The translations under genes were made by a program, and so were the position numbers. Shown piece by piece: positions 57,981 to 64,000 of a DNA stretch of 64,000 nucleotides (the first letter of the stretch is position 1; each line of letters begins with the position of its first letter). The notes beneath the pieces are model-generated. The model did no database searches. It worked only from the letters and a program-made list of their open reading frames with translations, and was not told the origin of the DNA. The stretch is from the human T2T-CHM13v2.0 reference genome, Homo sapiens, in NCBI RefSeq assembly GCF_009914755.1, contig NC_060942.1, one strand, 5' to 3'.

Positions 57981-58541
57981 CTCTTCCTCTGAACTGTCAC
58001 TCGGGTCATTGTCTAGGGAGGCGCTCAAGGAGGCCGCCTTGGGCTCCAGGTAGCAGAGGCACAGAGCCAGAGGGAAGGAGAGAGTGAGAGCGTATGGCAC
58101 TGAGAAGGAGGCAGACAGCAGAAAGAAAAAGATGAAGAGGAAACAGGGCACAAGGGACGGTGAGCGGATCGGGAGGTAATGCTGCAAGCTCTGGGGCAGG
58201 AGGTTGGTTTCAGAAAGGTTGGGGAAAGAGAGGTATCCATCATCATCTAGGAGGGAGGGGAATGACTCAGGGAGCTGCAAGGAGAAGGAGAACAGGGTGG
58301 TCCCCTTGCCAGTTTGCTGTCTGTAGCTAAAAGCCACATCTTGATCCCCTAGGTAAGGCCTCCCTGGGCCATCAGAGTCCAAGGCGGGCTCTCCAGGCAG
58401 GTGCTCAGCTCTGGACGGCTCATAACCTGGCAGTTTGCAGTCATTCTCCTTACACCTCCTACGGAGCTCTGTGGGAGATGTGGGGGCACAATGGGTGGAT
58501 GGGGGTGACAAGGGACATGAGTCAGTGCCAAGCCCAGGTGA
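57981..58541 (-). CDS. EPB41L3: 4.1B U2 cassette exon SPGLGTDSC...DPSDSSEEE (187 aa)
   Basis: 561 nt, catcag|TCA and GAG|gtgtgt; long pyrimidine tract and CTAAT branch-like motif at ~58613-58617. Confidence 0.93.
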
Positions 58542-61500
58542 CTGATGTGAAAGAGACAGAAAGAGACAGAAAGCAGCAAACAGAGGTGCAAAAGGACAAA
58601 AAGAAAACTGCAATTAGTTAATTTTCTTATGGGTATCAATATAAAATTGTAAAACAAAAATTTTAGCACTAGGGTTGCTCATGAATGTTAAAGTATTCAA
58701 GCTGCATGCCACTGTTGCCACGAACGGCTACATTTCTCCCATGAGACTATCACATACAGGTGGAATTCTTTAAAAACTCAGAACAGAAGGTATTTGTGGG
58801 CAATCCCAAAGTCTACACATTTCACATGGTCAAAAAATTTCCCTTTAGACTAACAACTCTAGAAAGTTTCAGGTTTTGGGGAGCAAACATAAGTAAATCT
58901 GATAACTTAACATGAAGACTTTCAATAGCCTTCTCCTGATTTCCAGGTAGCAGAGCTGTTACTATAGTTCAGCTAGATTAAAAATGAAGATGAAATCCAA
59001 TCCAGATTTTGATTAAAAAAAAAAAACCAATCTCTAGCATTAGTCCTTTCCCTGGTTATTCAATTACATCCAAAACAAGGAGTTTACATTCCAAATCAAG
59101 AAGTTTCTGGCCCCACTCCTATCTGATAAGTAGTTACAATCAGGGATTCGACAGTTAGCATTTCTGAATATCTCACTCCTCAGAAAAGAACTGAAGTTCC
59201 CTTGAAAGCTCTATTTTGGCTCCTTTATTTAGGATATTAGTGGAACTTCAACTGAAGTGATTTCAACAAGCTAACTAGCAAAAACAATGTGTTTTCTTGT
59301 AACATGCTTTGCCAGTATTTACTTTCTATTATTTATGATGCATAATAACAGAAAGATATAATTTCCCAGCCTTCTGATTTTTCTTAGCAGATAAAGGGCA
59401 TATTTAGATCTTTGGTGTGAGTCCTTAATATAATGATAAAAGCAGGGTTTTCCACAGGTGCTCCCCTGGTGAGCTCAAGCTTTTATGGGGCAAGTGAATC
59501 TGCTTCTCCTCCTCTCTGGGTCCTGGAAGTCTCCACGACCAGGGCCAGTTTCCTCTGCAGGTGGCGGAGGGGTTGCTGGACAAGAAGGGGAGGAAGGAAA
59601 GCACGCAAGCCCCAAGCAGGACCTGGGCAGGTACAGCAGCTGCTGCAGGCCGGGAAATCCAAGCCTGAAAGTAATTAGACTTCTGCTGATGTCTGTGTCA
59701 CTGCGTGTGTGTATGTGTGTGTTTTGCCCAGTGGCCTGACAGCATGGAAATTACCCAGCCTGCCTTGTGTGGTTATGCAATCCTGACTTGGGGAGAAGTG
59801 GTATATATAGCGACAGAAAGAAAATGCACAAATAAAGTTACATCTGAGGCATGAGGGAAAGAAAATGCACAAATAAAATCGTAGCTCTTCGGCCTTTGAA
59901 GGGTCTCTTTTTACGATGAGAGAAGTATGTCTTTTCCCACACATTTGCATTTGACATTAAAGACGGCACTTTAAACAGGAACCTGCACAAATCTCATTCA
60001 ACTAAGAATAATGTAGCTGCTACACATTAACTTCTGCATGAAGACAACTGTCCTCCAGCATGGAGGTGAGGCAGCCCCATGACCCAGGGGATCCCAGCCT
60101 GGGAAACGTGCCTCCTTCCCAGGCAACCTAGGGGACCAGCCTTTCAAGAACTATTTTCAGTAATACACTTTCATTTTGGTTGAAAAGTAAGTACCCTCTG
60201 CGTTACTTTTTGAAGAAGGAGAAGGATAAAATTAAGGTTTAACCTTCCATGCTGATTATTAAAGTCATTTCTAGAAGACAGCTTTGCACTGGGGAAACCA
60301 AGCCAGCCCACACCTATATGAGCACCAGATTTCAGCTACAGACTTCCTGAAGACATTCTGCCCAGAGTGCTGGCTTCTCAGAGACTCAGGCTATGAGGCT
60401 GGTAGTGTCCTTTGTCTTTTCCCACATCACAAATGGCACCAAGTGAGGACAGCTTAGTGCTACGTTTTATATAAACAAACTGGTGGTCTTTTAAAAGCAA
60501 ATAAAGTGAAAATGTCCGGCCTTATCTTGGGAGCAAAACTAAAAATCACTTACATTGATGTGTCACTTCTTCAATACTTATACATCCATGGGAATCTTAT
60601 GTTGGCATGGCGAGTTTATAAAATGTTAGAATAACTAAGAAGAAGAACCACATATTTGTTTTTTGGGTGGATTATATTCTTTTCTGTCCCCTTTAAAGCC
60701 TTCCTTGACTGAACAGACAGGAAGAGTGTAAAAACAAAATTTAGAACAAAGCACATTTTAACAGCAAAAGTTATCGAAATATCCCTGCCATTATTTCCTA
60801 CTCTCTGCTTAATTTTGTGTTTGCCAAATAAATAATCTTATCCCAAAAAATAAAAGATGATGGATTGGGCCATTTGTAATATTTTAGCATAACTACAAAA
60901 ATTATTTGTCTATGTTAAGATGTCACTGCTAAATTCTCATCAAAAGGAACACTTTCCATAGAATTCGGGGTAGTGATTCTCCATCTCTATTTGAAGAGCC
61001 CATGTACAAAAGATCACTCGTGAATCAAATTTACTCAAATTTTAGGATAACCCATGGGTTATTATGAGCATTTTCATTCTGCTATTTCCTCTTACTCTAT
61101 GCTCTGTACAGGCCAGGAGCCACTCTGTTTTTCCCTTATTATTAGGTATAAGCCTCCTGAAGGGTTTTTTGACTTTTAAATTATTTTTCTGAAAAGTTGC
61201 TTTGTAGTGCTGGATCACCAGAAAAAAACATAGTGTTTAAAAATGGTGTTAAAAAAGATATTTAATTTGGGGTGAAACAATGTTACAAAGTTTAATGAAT
61301 TAAACACTGAAAGAAGAAGCTGCTGCCAAATTCCCTTTTTATCTCCTGTTGCAACTTTCTGCCTTAAGATCCCTTTTCAAAACATGGCCAGTCACTACTC
61401 TGCTGATTAGGCGTAAGTATAAATATGTAGGCTGTGGTCACTCCATGTACTTACAGTCAGAAGAATGGCAATATGATAATTGTATATCTAGAAAAATATG

Positions 61501-61873
61501 CTGTACTTGGGTAGGAGAATGGGGCCAGAAACAAAGAAAACAGCTTTAGTGACAGTTCTGAAATGTGAGCCCAAACAGAAAAGTGTAATACGCCACCAAA
61601 AGTATTTTTAAGATACACATACAGGACAGCTATTGAAAGTCTTACATAGCACACAAGTTATTAAAATAAAAATTTTCAAAGAGCTATGAATGAACCTTTC
61701 AGAGAAAAAATGTTGAAACAGCAATCATAATTTAAAAATTGACATATGAATGTGACCAGTGCTGACATATGATTTATCCTAAATCTGAGCACATTCCTGG
61801 TTTACAGCCTCAGCATCATTTAGTCATTCTTAAAAGCTGGAGCAAGCTCTTGCAGGCAGTCTGGGAGCTATAC

Positions 61874-62094
61874 CTTTCCCTCGTGCCGGATGGCCGAGAT
61901 GGGCGTGACTTCTTCCCCCTTCCTCCGTTTGTCCTCTTCCTCGTCCCGCTCCTCCTCAGCCTTCTTCTCCGGAGTCACAGTGGTGATCAAGTTGGTCTGA
62001 GAGATGCCTTTTGTTGTGGCGTACTGGCCAGTACCAACCTCTGCAGCAGACATAGAATCCTTCATGTATATTTCATGGTTTTCATTCACTGATG
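61874..62094 (-). CDS. EPB41L3: 4.1B exon (A)SVNENHEIYMKDSMSAAEVGTGQYATTK...ISAIRHEGK, alternative acceptor at 62040
   Basis: ttttag|CA at 62094, ctgcag|AG at 62040, donor AAG|gtatag; 221 or 167 nt, same phase. Confidence 0.93.
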
Positions 62095-63754
62095 CTAAAA
62101 GCAAATACAATTAAAGAAATAAAATCCAAAATAGTTAGGTCAGAAGACACATGAACAATACCAACTATATCTTTACTGAAAAAAGAAATACCAACACAAA
62201 ATACCAGGTTTGCCTTGAAAAAACAAATCAGTGCTGCAGGGACCTTCATGAGAGCATGACCTTCCTGTATTTCCTATATGAGTGCTTTAAAATTCGTGAA
62301 ATGCTCATGTCTTGGAATTTCATCTATCCTCAGACTCTCTGCTGAGGATGTGTGTAAGTGTGGAGGTGAGTGGAGGGTCATGAGGCGAGGCTGCCGCTGG
62401 GCATATTATCACCATTGGCTGGCACTGGCACCAGTCTCGTAGTGGCCAATTCCACACCTAACAGCAGTCTTTGCAGTACACAATTGCTCTAATACACTTG
62501 GCTCTTTGGAAGTGCCATTCACCAAGGAGCACTGAATTGGTTTTCATATTATTATTATTAATGTTGAAAAGTCTATCACTCTTACAGTATAAAAGCTCCA
62601 TGGGTAATAACAAATATTAACCATCTTGGTAGAGATTATAAAAATCAGATGGCAATTCCATTCACCTAAAGTACAGAAATGTTTTCATTTCTACTGCATT
62701 TTAAACAGACTACCATAATATGCATATACATTTACTCATCTCTAATATTTTGGGAAAACACAATGAATGTTGCTAAATGAAATTCATGCAAATGCAAAAC
62801 ATGCAAACTCAAGAGAATAAGACAGAGCCTTTCATCCCAGCTAAAACGTCTTAGTGAAAAGATGCTTAATTAAGTTTTAAAAGTTGGTACTCATTATTTT
62901 AGGTTTTAGATATAAAATTTATTAAAACTTATAAATGTTGCTTTTCAAATACACAGTAACTAATCACAGACAAAATATCTACATTATTATTTTAGGAATT
63001 TAAAAACGTAAATAAAAGAAAGGATTCTGAAATGAAATCCTCTCTGAAATGCTTTCGATAGCTAAACTATGCCACTAAAATATCTTCACTAAGACATTTT
63101 ATATCTCTTTACACCGTTGAAAAAGCTCATATGAGACACAACTTCCTAATGGACCAGTTAGGCCATTCTCTGTGAGATGCAACCTTGCAAAAAAGCAGTT
63201 TATGTTGCAACATGCAGCTGTGCCACCCAGCTCAACAGCAGCAGAAAACATACTAGAGCTGGCAGGACCGCAAGGAGTGAGAGACAACACATACTAACAT
63301 CACTTTTGGGCAGGGAGAAAGAGACAGCATGACATTAGTACACTGATTTCACAATTGTCTTCTGTCTTCTCAGCAGTCATTATCACACTAAAGGTCATAA
63401 GGAAAACAACATTCACAACAAATGTGTTCCCTGGGGTGCACGTCACTGAACAAAGTGGATGATATTCAGGAAAAAAAAAGTGCGATTCTACAAAGTTCCT
63501 CAAATACTGATAACATATAGAAATAGGTAATAGAGACACTCTAAAGGAGAAAGAAGAGTCAATAGGATAAACCAGAAAGAAAAGCTTCAATGTTAACATC
63601 GATATTTCAATATCTTAATTCAGCTCGAAACAGTCCTGGTAATTATTTTATTCAAAAGGGCTGGCTCTAAGTTCGGTATTCTGGAAACTCTTAGAAGACA
63701 CACAATGGCAATTAACTTCCTAGGCTAGCTCACAAAAGCCTGTAAGAATAATTA

Positions 63755-64000
63755 TGAATATAAAATGTGGTATATATACATCATGGAATACTACTCAGTC
63801 ATAAAAATGAATGAAATCATGTATTTTGAAGTGACTTGGATGGAGCTGAAGGTCATTATTCTACATGAAGTAACTGAGGAATGAAAAGCCAAATACCATA
63901 CGTTCTCATGTATAAGTGGGAGCTAAGCTATGGGTATGCAAAGGCACAGAGTAATATAATGGACACTGGAGACTCAGAAGGCAGACAGTGGCGGGGGTGG
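63755..64000 (+). mobile_element. L1 (L1MA/L1PB-like) 3' fragment, runs off the window
   Basis: aaaatgtggtatatatacatcatggaatactactcag...aagtgggagctaagctatgggtatgcaaaggca. Confidence 0.8.

Overview
Primate (very likely human) genomic DNA. Bases ~34.5-64 kb hold the 3' half of EPB41L3 (protein 4.1B/DAL-1) on the minus strand. I read 14 coding exons from GT-AG boundaries, running from the end of the FERM-adjacent region through U2, the spectrin-actin-binding (SAB) segment, U3 and the 4.1 C-terminal domain, plus a separate non-coding last exon. Bases 1-34.5 kb are repeat-rich sequence downstream of the gene (L1, Alu, L2/MIR, MaLR/ERV LTRs, MER DNA transposons) with no credible protein-coding gene; most short ORFs in the track are repeat-derived. 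The most interesting signals are: (1) frame-preserving exons absent from the 4.1B sequence as I remember it (75 nt and 735 nt), the larger starting with a LIR-like EDWVIV motif and carrying four basophilic kinase sites; (2) a long hydrophobic hairpin-like segment in a 561-nt cassette exon; (3) a SAB cassette exon flanked by RBFOX motifs and enclosed by inverted Alus; (4) three twin-primed (5'-inverted) L1 insertions and several templated-insertion scars in Alus. Repeat subfamily calls and comparisons to known proteins are from recognition and memory, not database searches.
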